A DNA stretch of 64,000 nucleotides from Macrostomum lignano (Eukaryota): positions 532,286 to 596,285 of the forward strand of contig NIVC01000598.1 in the NCBI GenBank assembly GCA_002269645.1, written 5' to 3'. Positions 1-12,234 of the stretch are shown here, piece after piece. The position numbers and the translations under genes were made by a program. Numbering within the stretch: position 1 is the first letter of the stretch; every line of letters starts with the position of its first letter. The notes under the pieces were generated by a model that made no database searches, had not been told where the DNA came from, and saw only the letters and a list, made by a program, of their open reading frames with translations.

Positions 1-2988
1 GATTTTGTCGCGAATCTCCTTGATGCCAGCGCCGCTGCTCAGGTAGACGCAGCCAGACTCGCGAACGTAGCCGCGTCTGTTTGATGTGACATGAGGCCTG
101 TGGCGATTCTCAGGGCTGGATTGAGGCGATTCTCAGGGTTGGATTGGGGCGATTCTCAGGCTTGGATTGGGGCGATTCTCAAGGTTGGATTGAGGCGATT
201 CTCAGGGTTGGATTGGGGCGATTCTCAGGCTTGGATTGGGGCGATTCTCAGGGTTGGATAGAGGCGATTCTCAGGGTTGGATTGGGGCGATTCTCAGGCT
301 TGGATTGGGGCGATTCTCAGGGTTGGGTTGGGGCGATTCTCAGGGTTGGATTGGGGCGATTCTCAGGCTTGGATTGGGGCGATTCTCAGGGTTGGATTGA
401 GGCGATTCTCAGGGTTGGATTGGGGCGATTCTCAGGCTTGGATTGGGGCGATTCTCAGGGTTGGATTGAGGCGATTCTCAGGGTTGGATTGGGGCGATTC
501 TCAGGCTTGGATTGGGGCGATTCTCAGGGTTGGATTGGGGCGATTCTCACCATTTGATTGGGGCGATTCTTAGGGTTGGATTGGGGCGATTCTCAGGGTT
601 GGATTGGGGCGATTCTCAGGGTTGGATTGGGGCGATTCTCAGGGTTGGATTGAGGCGATTCTCAGGGCTGGATTGGGGCGATTCTCAGCCAATCTCAGGG
701 CTGGATTGGGGCGATTCTCAGGGTTGGATTGAGGCGATTCTCAGGGTTGGATTGAGGCGATTCTCAGGGTTGGATTGGGGCGATTCTCAGGGTTGGATTG
801 GGGCGATTCTCAGGGTTGGATTGAGGCGATTCTCAGGGCTGGATTGGGGCGATTCTCAGGGTTGGATTGGGGCGATTCTCAGGGTTGGATTGGGCGATTT
901 TCAGGGTTGGATTGGGGCGATTCTCAGGGTTGGATTGGGGCGATTCTCAGTGTCGGATTGGGGCGATTCTCAGGGTTGGATTGGGGCGATTCTCAGAGTT
1001 GGATTGGGGCGATTCTCAGGGTTGGATTGGGCGATTCTCAGGGTTGGATTGAGGCGATTCTCAGGGTTGGATTGGGGCGATTCTCAGGTTTGGATTGGGG
1101 CGATTCTCAGTGTCGGATTGGGGCGATTCTCAGGGTTGGATTGGGGCGATTTTCAGGGTTGGATTAGGGCCATTCTCACGGTTATATTGGGGCGATTCTC
1201 AGAGTTGGATTGAGGCGATTCTCAGGGTTGGATTGGGCGATTCTCAGGGTTGGATTGGGCGATTCTCAGGTTGGATTGGGGCGATTTTCAGGGTTGGATT
1301 AGGGCCATTCTCACGGTTATATTGGGGCGATTCTCAGAGTTGGATTGAGGCGATTCTCAGGGTTGGATTGGGCGATTCTCAGGGTTGGATTGGGCGATTC
1401 TCAGGGTTGGATTGGGGCGATTCTCACCATTTGATTGGGGCGATTCTTAGGGTTGGATTGGGGCGATTCTCACCATTTGATTGGGGCGATTCTTAGGGTT
1501 GGATTGGGGCGATTCTCAGGGTTGGATTGGGGCGATTCTCAGGGTTGGATTGGGGCGATTCTCAGGGCGGATATGGGCGATTCTCAGGGCGGATACGGGC
1601 GATTCTCAGGGCGGATATGGGCGATTCTTAGGGCGGATCGGGGTGATTCTCACCATTTGATTGGGGCGATTTTCACGGTTGGATCGGGGCGATTCTCAAA
1701 GCGGATTTGGGCGATTCTCCGAGCAGATTCGGGCGATTCTCAGAGTCAAAGCGGATTGAAGCGATTCTTATATGAACAACAAAAGCAATTTTCATAACTG
1801 AAAAGGGCAATTTTCATGAACACTTCATGGATGCCTCGATCTCCGCTCTCTCCCTCTCTCACTCAACTCACCTGCCGTTGCCGCCGCCGCCCCCCACGGA
1901 AGCCGGCGGTTCCAGCAGGCGAGACGAATTCGGCAGCAGCAAAATCGTCAGCATCGATTCCGCAGACGCAGCCCCGCCGCCACCACTGCTGGGAGACGCC
2001 GATCGAAGCAGGCCGTCTTCAAGCTCGGCAGCCGAGCCTGCAGACCGCATCAGTTCGGTCTCGTGCGGAGTGGCCGGCCTGACAGTCGCTCTGTAGCGCA
2101 GCTGCACGTGACGCCGCCTGTCCAGCCCGGCTGGCACCAGGCGGTCCAGCAGCTGCCGCTCCAGGCTGGCCAAGTCGCCGGGCTCAAGCCACGGATCGAA
2201 GCTCAGAACGCGCAGGTCCACCTTCAATCAGTGGAAGGTGTGGATACGGTGACTATTTCCATGTAGTTTCCTGGTAGTTCTGCCGATTGCACTCATACAC
2301 ACGCTCACACAGGGTGTACTGGCAGGTACTAGCTTGTTAGCACGCTCACTCTTGTTTGTTGCACCCCTAGACTCTTTCAAAAATCTCCTGAACACTTGAA
2401 TTTGAACCTTGCTTGATAATAATTATAATAATTTATTACACCTGCCGCAATTGAGCCAGATGTGCAACCGACAGCTCAGCCGCAGCTATTGCGGCGCATC
2501 TGAAGGCTGCGTACGGCTGTTCAGTCCAAGGACTGGGGGGTCGCCACACACAGCCTCAATTACCCCAGCTAATGCTGGCACCCATTTTACAGCTGGGTGA
2601 GCTGAAGCAATGCAGAGTGAAGTGTCTTGCTCAAGGACACAGATAGTTCCGAGTGAGTCAAGAATCGAACCCCCGACCTTCAAGTCGTGAGTCCGACGCT
2701 CTGACCACTAGGCTACAACCCCTGTATTATTGCTTCATAGCACAGGTCCCAGAGTCAGACGCGTCTGAGTTAGTTATCTGAGAACCTCACCTGCAGCTCT
2801 GGCTGTCGGTAATACAGACGGCTGATCTCGTCAGCTGGCAGTGGGTGTCTCTCAATGGTTGTCAGATGCCACCAGACTGGCACAAACAGCAGGCCAAACA
2901 GCAGGAATGCCAGGCTGGCATAGGCCGTACGCTTGGCTTCATCAATGCTGGGCGCTAGACGCTTGAGCTCTGCCTCGTCAACTAGCAT
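1..2988 (-). CDS. PIGS: GPI transamidase subunit PIG-S, 5' part (runs off the window start)
   Basis: Exons 2988-2791 (phase 0), 2221-1872 (phase 2) and 97-1 all have GT/AG ends and compatible phases. The N-terminus MLVDEAELK...AFLLFGLLFVPVWWHLTTIERHPLPADEISRL matches the PIG-S TM1 + WW-x-TT-x-x-R-x-x-LP pattern (recalled family knowledge). Confidence 0.8.
101..1770. repeat. 23-bp minisatellite (GGATTGGGGCGATTCTCAGGGTT)n filling PIGS intron 2
   Basis: Direct tandem units are visible and abut the CAG acceptor at 98-100. The overlapping ORFs repeat every 23 aa (3 x 23 bp). Confidence 0.97.
2415..2722 (-). mobile_element. tRNA-derived CORE-type SINE, copy 1 (PIGS intron 1)
   Basis: Minus strand reads GGGGTTGTAGCCTAGTGGTC (A box)...GGTTCGATTC (B box). 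The central segment CCCATTTTACAGCTGGGTGAGCTGAAGCAATGCAGAGTGAAGTGTCTTGCTCAAGGACAC resembles the MIR CORE domain. It has an A/T-rich tail and four other copies in the window. Confidence 0.85.
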
Positions 2989-3189
2989 TGTGTTTGCACT
3001 TCTATTCTTGATGTGAAATAAAAACTGCTGAAGTATATCCCAACGTGTAACATTCATTTTTTAGAATGGAAATAATATTACTTAGACATGAATGATAAGT
3101 ATTTTAGCATTTCTAGGCATCTTTAAAGCCTCATAATTAATTCAACTTGAACAATTAAATAGACTAGGGCCAAATAATATAAGTATTGA

Positions 3190-3400
3190 TTACACCTGCC
3201 CCAAATTGGGCCAGATGTGCAACCAACAGCTAGTAGCTTTTTTATGGCACTTCTGAAGGCTGCATATAGCTGTTCAGTCCATGGACTAGGGGGTCTTACA
3301 TATACCCTAAAGTACCCCTAATGCTGGTGCCAATTTTATAGCTGGGTGATCTGAAGCAATGCACAGTTAAGTGTGTTACTCAAGGCTCTTGCTCTAGGCT
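3190..3400 (-). mobile_element. Degenerate, 5'-truncated copy of the same SINE
   Basis: Aligns by eye to copy 1 (CACCTGCC...CCAGATGTGCAACC...CTGAAGGCTGC...GCTGGGTGA...CTCAAGG); CpGs are lost. Confidence 0.8.
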
Positions 3401-6400
3401 AGAGCCAAAATGATTCCCAACTTTTTTGTATCATCTTTAACTTTTACTAGGAGATTATGGTTTTTTATGCGTATATATTCCATTTAAATAGAGATAGGCC
3501 TAGTGTTTATGACTTGAAAATTTAAAAATGGTTAAAATATCATAAAGAAAAGAACTGCATACTAATATAAATAGTTTTTACTAAATTGAATTATTTTACT
3601 AAATTGCTATAGTTCTATTAAATAATCTAGTAACAGAACCTAAAACTCTTCTTTCTAGTTAATTATAGATCTTTTAGCAAAAATACAAATGAGACTAGTC
3701 AATCAGTTCAATCTTTAGAATTTTACAAACAAACAAACAGATCTTAGACATTAAGTAGATAGTAGATATATGGATAGATAGAAATCTATAAAAAGCAATT
3801 GACTATGCAGTCAGTCAGTCAGCCAAGGTCAAAATGTATTTATGCAGCCATTGAACATTTTTGGCAATCCTCTAGTTTCATACTTAATTATTTTTCCAAC
3901 TTAAAAAAATTGAATGAAGTTTTAACAAAATTAAACAATAGTTAGTAAATTTGTTGTCATATTTGGTTGCATTAGATATCATAGTAGTGCGCCATATATA
4001 AAAGTATATTGCTATTGCCAAAGGTGTTGCACAGTTGGCAATGTACCATAGGCCTAGAAATTGCAACAGCATTGCAGGTTGAACATTGCAATTGGAATTA
4101 TGCTAGTAGGTGCTACAAGGCATCTAGCCATGATAAAAAAGAGTTGTTACTCAAGATTAATAATCAAGATTGCTCAAGAAAGCAAGCAAGGCAATAAATC
4201 CCTCAGAATCCCAGTCCCTCCAACCTCAGTCCTTTTTAAAAAATAGGGAGCTATTGCAGGTTTTCACCATAGCCTATAGAGTCATAGACATAACTTTTAG
4301 CCATCTCAAACTAGGCCTAATAACTAGGCCTATAAACATATCAATGTTTGCCATCTCACTACCATGTCTTATACTTGTGCGAGTTCAAATATTTACTGGT
4401 GGTAACTAACAAAGTTGCTATTTTTGAAAAAATAATTAAATGTGCAAAACTTGAGGATTGCCCTTTTTTCTTTTGTATATAGGCAATATATAACAGTATT
4501 TCTGTTGAGGCCTATATAATAGAAAGAGAAAAGTTGTGGCTCAATTTTTATCAGAATATGAGTTGAACCAATCAAGAATTTAACCTTGTTTGGCTTTTCA
4601 TTGAAAGCATAGGGATTTAAACTCATCTTTTGAATATTTTACACATTGGCTTTATATCATTACGACATTAAAGCAGGTTAAAATAATATATAATGGTATT
4701 TATTTCAGATAATTACAAATCCTTTGGCAAAAATGCCAACAGATTCATCAAAATTGATTAATTGGTTAAATGTTTATAATAATAATTTACCTATTGGCTA
4801 TTGCTATAAATTATTTTTCGAACACCCTTTACTTTGTTATTTCTTATTAATATATAGCCAACTTATTTATTAGCCACACTTTTAAGCGACACTTTAAATC
4901 ACTTAGGTAAAATCACAAAACCATTTCTGTCAAACAATTGGCAAGCGCAATGTGACGCATGACAGCCAGACAAACGACTTGAAACGAGTAGGGCCGGTGC
5001 GCACGAAAAAAAATCCAGATAAATTTATTTTGTTGAATTTATAACGCATACAGGAGTAATAACTATCTGAATGTAATTGTTATTACTTTTTTAAATATCC
5101 TAACTTATATATAATAAAACTGACAAAATTTACTTATAAATAAATCAATATTGTTACAAAAACTGCTTTACCTTGTTTTTTCGTGTAAAGATTTCCGGTT
5201 TGGCATTTGCTAATCGGATTGCATTAGGCCATTGTATTGGGCGAATTATAAGGCCAAAAAATTCAGAGGTCTTTGCTATAACTAAAGCTTTGTGTCGTGA
5301 CATAAGTTTGCATGTTAATCGAAGACCATTTTATTAAAAAATTTGATAATGGCACAAACATGGCTCTTTTCTTTAGAGAATAAGTCATACAGATAACTAG
5401 GCCTACTATTTATCTTTTCTTAAATAATGTTGCTCAATAGAGGGCCCCTAGGCTATTGATAATTCTAGTTTTAGTAGTGCTAGTAGGATGTCAATAAAAA
5501 TAATTAATTTATAAATATAATCTGTAGATTTTATTTGTATTTTATTTTAGTGTTTTAATTTTATTAGAATTAGGGCCTAAATAATAAATCTATGTTGCTC
5601 AATACTCTCTATCTTACTCTTTATGGTTATAGATCAGACTAGCAATCTAGTGCCACCCCCTTCGGGGTGCAGGAGCAAAATTATTCATAGAAAAAATTAA
5701 AAAGCACATTTTCTTAAGAACCAATTTTCCTTCTTAAGTTTTAAAAATCACCTTATGGCTTATTCAAGTAAAAATGTCAACAGGCAAAGAGGTTTGCTAT
5801 GAATCTTTTTTTCTAGAATTAACAAAGAGAAGAGAAACCAAAAGAGAAAAATGCTTTGTTATAAAGAAAATACTTTAAAAAATATTTTTCTAGTTTTTGC
5901 ATTTTATTGCCATTGAGACAATAGCCAATTATGCCTTTTTTATAGAAGTGGCTTTTATAAAAATCCATTAGTATCACATAATTCATAAAAATAGACCTGT
6001 TTTTTATTTTGAAATTAACAAAATTGATCAGTTTTAATATAAAATTTGAAAGAAAAAAAATATAAAATGCAAAGCAAGTTACCTATTACTAAATAAATAA
6101 AGTTATATAAAAATATTTTTAAAAACCTAGTTTTTTGGCAGAAATAATCAAAGTAGAATATGATAAATCTGCTAAAGCAGGATTGCTTTATGTATAAATA
6201 GATTAGGCCTAAAAGTAGCAAATAGATTATTTATGTGTATCCCTATGCTAATCCTTTTATAAAATACCCTATATGAAGTTATAGGGGGAATTATCTATGC
6301 TATTTCCATTGTTTCTAAAAACAACCTTAAGGAAATAAACTAGGCCTAGTCAAGAATTTATACTAAATAGATGCCATATAAATTGACTATAGAAGTAAAA

Positions 6401-6489
6401 CCATAGCAAATTCAGTACATTTTAAAGAACTTGTAGGTTTGATTATATTTTGTTGAAAAGGAGTTTTAAATAATTGTAAATAACTTTGA

Positions 6490-6870
6490 ATTGCCCTTAT
6501 ACTAAGCTGTAATCTCCCTTGAAAATCGCCTTTATACCAGACTAATCTCCCTTGAGAATCGCCTAACACCAGGCTGTAATCTCCCTTGAGAATCGCCTTA
6601 TACCAGGCTGTAATCTCCCTTTAAAATCGCCTTATACTAGGCTATAATCTCCTTTGAGAATCGCCTTACACTAGGCTGTAATCTCCTTTGAAAATCACCT
6701 TATAACAGGCTGTAATCCCTTGAGAATCGCCTTATACTATGTTATAATCTCCTTTGAGAAATGCCTTACACCAGGCTGTAATCTCCCTTAAAAATTGCCT
6801 TCCTTTATACCAGACTAATCTCCCTTGAGAATTGCCTTATACCAGGCTGTAATCTCCTTTGAGAAGCTGT
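6490..6870. repeat. 34-bp minisatellite (GAGAATCGCCTTATACCAGGCTGTAATCTCCCTT)n; two more units at about 7265-7345
   Basis: About 10 degenerate tandem units seen directly. Confidence 0.9.
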
Positions 6871-7364
6871 AATCCTAGGTTTATTTTTTAAGCCATATGG
6901 GGTTTTTTGGCCCCTTGAAAATCTCATTGACAACTGGATTTTTGGCATCAGAGGCCAATCAGGCAACTTCATTTCCTTGTGCCAGTTGCCACTTTCAGAA
7001 AATGATTTTGCAAGTGTAATAAAAGTGCCATATGAATCTAAGTTGTGGCAAATACTAAGTTGCAAAAATTTACAATGTCAATAACAAGTCCCAGACAGTC
7101 TCATTCCCATAGTCATACAGTGCATACATGTTTAATGAGCCTCGGAAATATCTATCCTCAAGAATGTGGCTAGTTGCCAACGGGCAACCAAAAATAGCCA
7201 TTGGCAACTGGATTTTGAGCCCCAAGGGCCAGCTGGCAACTGGATTTCCAACCTTAAAAAAACCCTGCTGTAATCTCCTTTGAGAATCGTCCTACACCAG
7301 GCTGTAATCTCCCTAGAGAATCGCCCCTATATACCAGACTATGATCTAAATTTCTCATTATTGC

Positions 7365-8255
7365 ATGCCTCTGCCAACTGTGTCGTTGGTGCTGCTGAGA
7401 GCCGCCTTTCGTGGCATTCGCTGCCACAAGCTCCTCCTTGTTGCACAGCGGGCAAACAGTTTTACAACAAAGCCTTGCATTTGGACTGCGCAACCAGGCC
7501 AGCGTGCACTGTGCACTTCTAAATCGTCATCGTCTAATGTCGATGAAGAGGACGACAGCCAGTTAGACTACGACGAATATGTTGAATATCTCGGCGACGA
7601 TCGACGAGTTGACGAGGCGGCTATCAAGGCGGATCTGGCCGCCGCTGCCGCCGAAAGACGTCGCCGTTTTGTAGACGAGTGTCCAGTGGATGCAGTCCAG
7701 CGCGGCCGCACCGGGGTGATCGATCTAGGCGACCTAGTGCGCCTATTGCGGCACCGTAACGCTCGGGATATTGTTGTCATGGCAACTAGCCCGGTAAACA
7801 AATTCCGGCCATCGATTCGTCCTCCATATTTAGCCGTGTGCTCCGGCAGATCCTCGCGTCATCTTGTCAGCATCGCCGAATACGTGCTCCAGGTGTACAA
7901 GTCCCGAGTCCTGTCCGAGGGTCAGTGCCAAGATCAGGCCGCTGATCAGCTGCCTCGAATCGAAGTGGGCTCGAGTCCATCTCAGTGCAACTGGGCGGCT
8001 ATGGATCTGGGCAACTGCGAGCTGCACTGCTTCCTGCCGGCTGTTCGGACTCGCTACGATCTCGAATCCCTTTGGTGTCTAGGTCCCGAACTCGATTCCT
8101 CTTGTCAATCGAATGCTAGCGAAGACTCGAATTTGTCTACTTCAAATGGCATCGACTGGGACAAGGTGGCGCGTGAAGCCCTTGAAGAGAAACAGCAGCG
8201 CAGAATGAAGGCTGCTCAGGGCGATAGTGATAACAATGCTGCTCAGAATCATTGA
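7365..8255 (+). CDS. MALSU1: Mitochondrial assembly of ribosomal large subunit protein 1 (RsfS/Iojap family), single exon, 296 aa
   Basis: Arg-rich, acid-poor N-terminal presequence-like region. Motifs GRTGVIDLGDLVRLLR..NARDIVV, SGRSSRHL, WAAMDLGN..LHCF...RTRYDLESLW are typical of MALSU1. Confidence 0.85.
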   Translation: MPLPTVSLVLLRAAFRGIRCHKLLLVAQRANSFTTKPCIWTAQPGQRALCTSKSSSSNVDEEDDSQLDYDEYVEYLGDDRRVDEAAIKADLAAAAAERRRRFVDECPVDAVQRGRTGVIDLGDLVRLLRHRNARDIVVMATSPVNKFRPSIRPPYLAVCSGRSSRHLVSIAEYVLQVYKSRVLSEGQCQDQAADQLPRIEVGSSPSQCNWAAMDLGNCELHCFLPAVRTRYDLESLWCLGPELDSSCQSNASEDSNLSTSNGIDWDKVAREALEEKQQRRMKAAQGDSDNNAAQNH

Positions 8256-8424
8256 GTTATCATGCGCGTCACTGTCTTATTTCCTATTTAATATTAAATT
8301 CATATCGTTATGCTACATTCATGGCATTGGTCGTGTATATATCGTTTTCGTGTTTATCAAGCGTTTGTAAGTTCTGTTTATTTGCTGTGATCTTTCTTTT
8401 AGAGTAGAGAAGAACAAGTTTTCT

Positions 8425-8975
8425 CACAGAATCTACCTTGAGAATCGCCTGCAAAGCTAGATTCTCCCTTTGAGAATCGCCTGCAAAGCTAGAATCTCCC
8501 TTTGAGAATCGTTAGCAAAGCTAGAATCTCCCTTTGAGAATCGCCTGCAAAGCTAGATTCTCCTTTGAGAATCGCTTGCAAAGCTAGAATCTCTCTTGAG
8601 AATCGCCTGCAAAGCTAGAATCTCTCTTGAGAATCGCCAGCTAAGCTAGAATCTCTCTTGAGAATCGCCTGCAAAGCTAGAATCTCTCTTGAGAATCGCC
8701 TGCAAAGCTAGAATCTCCTTTGAGAATCGCCTGCAAAGCTAGATTCTCCTTTGAGAATCGCTTGCAAAGCTAGAATCTCTCTTGAGAATCGCCAGCTAAG
8801 CTAGAATCTCTCTTGAGAATCGCATGCAAAGCTAGAATCTCCCTTTGAGAATCGCCTGCAAAGCTAGATTCTCCTTTGAGAATCGCTTGCAAAGCTAGAA
8901 TCTCTCTTGAGAATCGCCTGCAAAGCTAGAATCTCTCTTGAGAATCGCCTGCAAAGCTAGATTCTCCTTTGAGAA
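8425..8975. repeat. 31-bp minisatellite (GAGAATCGCCTGCAAAGCTAGAATCTCTCTT)n
   Basis: About 17 tandem units seen directly. Confidence 0.95.
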
Positions 8976-9021
8976 TCCCCAAATCCCTAAAAGTTTGCAG
9001 CTAGCTGAAACAGCTGATCAA

Positions 9022-10519
9022 ATGTTCAGCTCGAACAGCGGCGCCAATTTTTCGCCGTCAAATCCCGGAGGCTTCGGCAATGGCATCATTCCGGAAAATC
9101 TTCGCGGCGCCGGCGGACCTCCCCTGATTGGGCAAGCGGCGGCTGGCGGCAGCGGCGGCCCTCCCATAGGCCGAGGCCGCGGCATTCGACCTCTGTCAAT
9201 GGACGACAATCGAAATCAGCAGCAGCCGCAACCTCCAACAGTGCCGGCCGCTGTCGCTACTGGCCAGGTGGAACAGGTAAATCTGCAGTCGAATCCGCCA
9301 GTTCGCGGCCGGGGTCGCGGAATTCGCCCGCTAGATTTAACCGAATTTGACGAGCTGCCGCAGCCTCCGAAGGTTGAGCAGCCGCAGCAACAGCAACAGC
9401 AGCAACCCGCTTGGTATGAGCCGCAGAATCCGCAGCAGCAATGGCGCCAAAGATCATCTCGTCCACACCAGCCCTGGCGCAAGCAGTCGCCACGGCTGCA
9501 GCAGCAGCAGCAACAGGTTCGTTAATTATCTAATTAAATCAGTACTTTTAGTGTCTGTTATTGTGTGTTTATGGGTCATAAAAGTTAGTATATTTGATCA
9601 AGATGATTTCGGTCCTGGTTTAGAATTAATAAACTTTATGCGGAATTCAACAACAAAAACAACCAGCAAAAACAAAACAACCAACATCAACAACAACAAA
9701 ATAAACGAAAACACCAAAAAACAACAACACTAACACGAACAAAACCACTACCAACAACAACAACGCCAAAAACAACAACACCAAAAACAACAAGAACAAC
9801 ACAAAAAACAACAACACCAAAAACAACAAGAACAACACAAAAAACAACAACACCAACAACAACACCAAAAACAACAACACCAACTACAACACCAAAAAAA
9901 CAACACCAAAAACAACAACACCAACAAGAACACCAACAGCAACAACAACAACACCAACAACGACACCAAAAAAGCAACAACAACAACAACAACAACACCA
10001 AAAACAACACGAAAAACAACAACACCACCAACAACACCAACAACAACACTAACAACAACACCAAAAACACCACCAACAAGAACACCAACTACAACAACAA
10101 CAACAACACCAAAAACACCAACACCAACAATGACAACAACAGCAAAGCGCACTTATCATCAAAGTCATCAAAGTCTTGAGCATAAAAAATGGTGATAGAA
10201 GTAACGCAGTTAGCCAGCAGGCAGTGGACAAAACGGGAATTCACATCACACCGTGTCTTTCCAGGTCTTTAGAATAGATTTTGAACGAAATAGTTCTTAT
10301 CCAACTCACTGCGCATCACAGGGGCGCCATTACCAGCAGCAGCAAGTGCAAGCGCTGTCCCCAGAGGACCTGGAGTTTGTCACAAGTCACAGTCTGCGAA
10401 GCATTGCTCTAAATTGCGATACCAACTTTGCCGGACAGTCGCTTGAAATTCGTTCAGTCGCTCTTGAGCTGCTGTTGGATAGGGAGCGAAGGCTCGCCGT
10501 TGCTGCGAACTCATCTTAA
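9022..10519 (+). CDS. Uncharacterised Gly/Pro/Gln-rich protein with two GRGRG motifs (putative 2-exon gene)
   Basis: Exon 9022-9516 ends CAG|GTTCGT (phase 0); exon 10265-10519 follows TTTCCAG (phase 0) and ends in TAA. Both are GC-richer than their flanks. No family recognised. Confidence 0.45.
9645..10142. repeat. Imperfect (AAC)n / AACACC low-complexity tract inside the putative intron
   Basis: Seen directly. Confidence 0.9.
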
Positions 10520-10664
10520 TAACGCTAATGATTTTTTTCCGAGCATTTTCAAACGCTGACTTAAATAACGAGGCAATAGGCTTGCCGTATATTTCACTGC
10601 GTTGCTAGTTTAAAGGCTTGTTAAAGCTGAATTTCGAGTTTTCCAAGTATTTCTGTGTGTTCCC

Positions 10665-11345
10665 TGAGAATCGCCCCCTCACACACCTGTAGCCTTCACT
10701 GAGAATCGCCCCTCACACACCTGTAGCCTTCACTGAGAATCGCCCCCTCACACACCTGTAGCCTTCACTGAGAATCGCCCCCTCACACACCTGTAGCCTT
10801 CATTGAGAATCGCCCCTCACACACCTGTAGCCTTCACTGAGAATCGCCCCTCACACACCTGTAGCCTTCACTGAGAATCGCCCCTCACACACCTGTAGCC
10901 TTCACTGAGAATCGCCCCTCACACACCTGTAGCCTTCACTGAGAATCGCCCCTCACACACCTGTAGCCTTCACTGAGAATCGCCCCTCACACACCTGTAG
11001 CCTTCATTGAGAATCGCCCCTCACACACCTGTAGCCTTCATTGAGAATCGCCCCCTCACACACCTGTAGCCTTCACTGAGAATCGTCCCTCACACACCTG
11101 TAGCCTTCACTGAGAATCGCCCCTCACACACCTGTAGCCTTCACTGAGAATCGCCCCTCACACACCTGTAGCCTTCACTGAGAATCGCCCCTCACACACC
11201 TGTAGCCTTCACTGAGAATCGCCCCTCACACCTGTAGCCTTCACTGAGAATCGCCCCTCACACACCTGTAGCCTTCACGGAGAATCGCCCCTCACACACC
11301 TGTAGCCTTCACTGAAAATCGCCCCCTCACAAACCTGTAGCTTTC
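10665..11345. repeat. 34-bp minisatellite (GAGAATCGCCCCTCACACACCTGTAGCCTTCACT)n
   Basis: About 20 near-identical tandem units. Confidence 0.97.
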
Positions 11346-11782
11346 ATCTGAATCACACTGTTTTTACAGCCTCAAGATGGCTAAAGTAATAAAAGTTTTA
11401 ATCTTACGTTGCATTGTCCGCCAGTTTGCTTTTAAAGTTTCTCTTTCAAGCAAAATCTCCATAATAAATCCGTGTGCCATAATAAAGAAATAATAAACAT
11501 CCTTAATAACTTCCCTACGATTATTTTTTTGCAAAATACGCTTTCTCTGACTACTGTCAGTAGAATTAACGAGTGCAACAAAGAATTTGTTGGTAGCATT
11601 TATCAATCCGCTACAAGTGCCAGTGAAGTACTCGCTGACAGGACAAGAATTCATTTCATTCAGTGCATTAGCGCGCGCTAATTCTAGCTTCAGAACGCCC
11701 AGTTACAATTGCTCAATTAAGCGGTGCGTCGCAGAGAACTCTCGTTTGCAATACAATGACGCAGGACAGTTTAAGTGCCGTT

Positions 11783-12234
11783 TAGAGGCGTAGCCAGAAA
11801 TTTTTCACGGGGGGGTACAACTGGTGAGACTACGAGCTACTGCTTATCAGTATGGTGTAAGGTAACTTTCACAAAAATTACATGCACCATCCACTGTGCC
11901 TGACTACTACTAGTACTACAAAATTTTAGCGCCGCGGGCACTTATTTGGGCGCCGCAGGTACTCATTTTAGCGCCGCAGGCACCTATTTTGGCGCCGCAT
12001 GTCCTCATTTTAACGCCACAGGCACTCATTTTAGCGCCCCAGGTACTCATTTTAGCGCCGCAGGCACTCACCGCGCTTCTACTTTGTATATAGCTATCTG
12101 TACACATTCTTTTAGATTAGACCATTTGTTTACTTTGTCTTTTTTTTACCTACTAACTTTTTTCATGCCCCACACCAGACCACAGCCTTACGAGGGGATT
12201 ACATCCCCTTATCACCCCCTTGCCTACGCCACTG
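11783..12234. mobile_element. hAT-like MITE with internal repeats of about 22 bp
   Basis: Imperfect TIRs TAGAGGCGTAGCCA / TGCCTACGCCACTG. Flanking duplication TGCCGTT at 11776-11782 and 12235-12241. Internal repeats GCAGGCACTCATTTTAGCGCC at about 11925-12070. Confidence 0.65.

Noticed and set aside
144-1797. Long ORFs in several frames (GLGRFSGLDW repeats)
   Set aside because: They are translations of a stop-free 23-bp minisatellite lying inside PIGS intron 2.
5645-5680. GC hairpin next to CTAG (possible Helitron 3' end on the minus strand)
   Set aside because: The spacing and the following base do not fit well, and no 5' TC end or second copy was seen.
10665-11345. Regular ~34-bp repeats resembling a CRISPR array
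   Set aside because: Units are contiguous with no unique spacers, there are no cas genes and the context is eukaryotic. The same applies to the other arrays.
11364-11654. 96-aa ORF, possibly a transposase fragment
   Set aside because: No recognisable motif or splice support.
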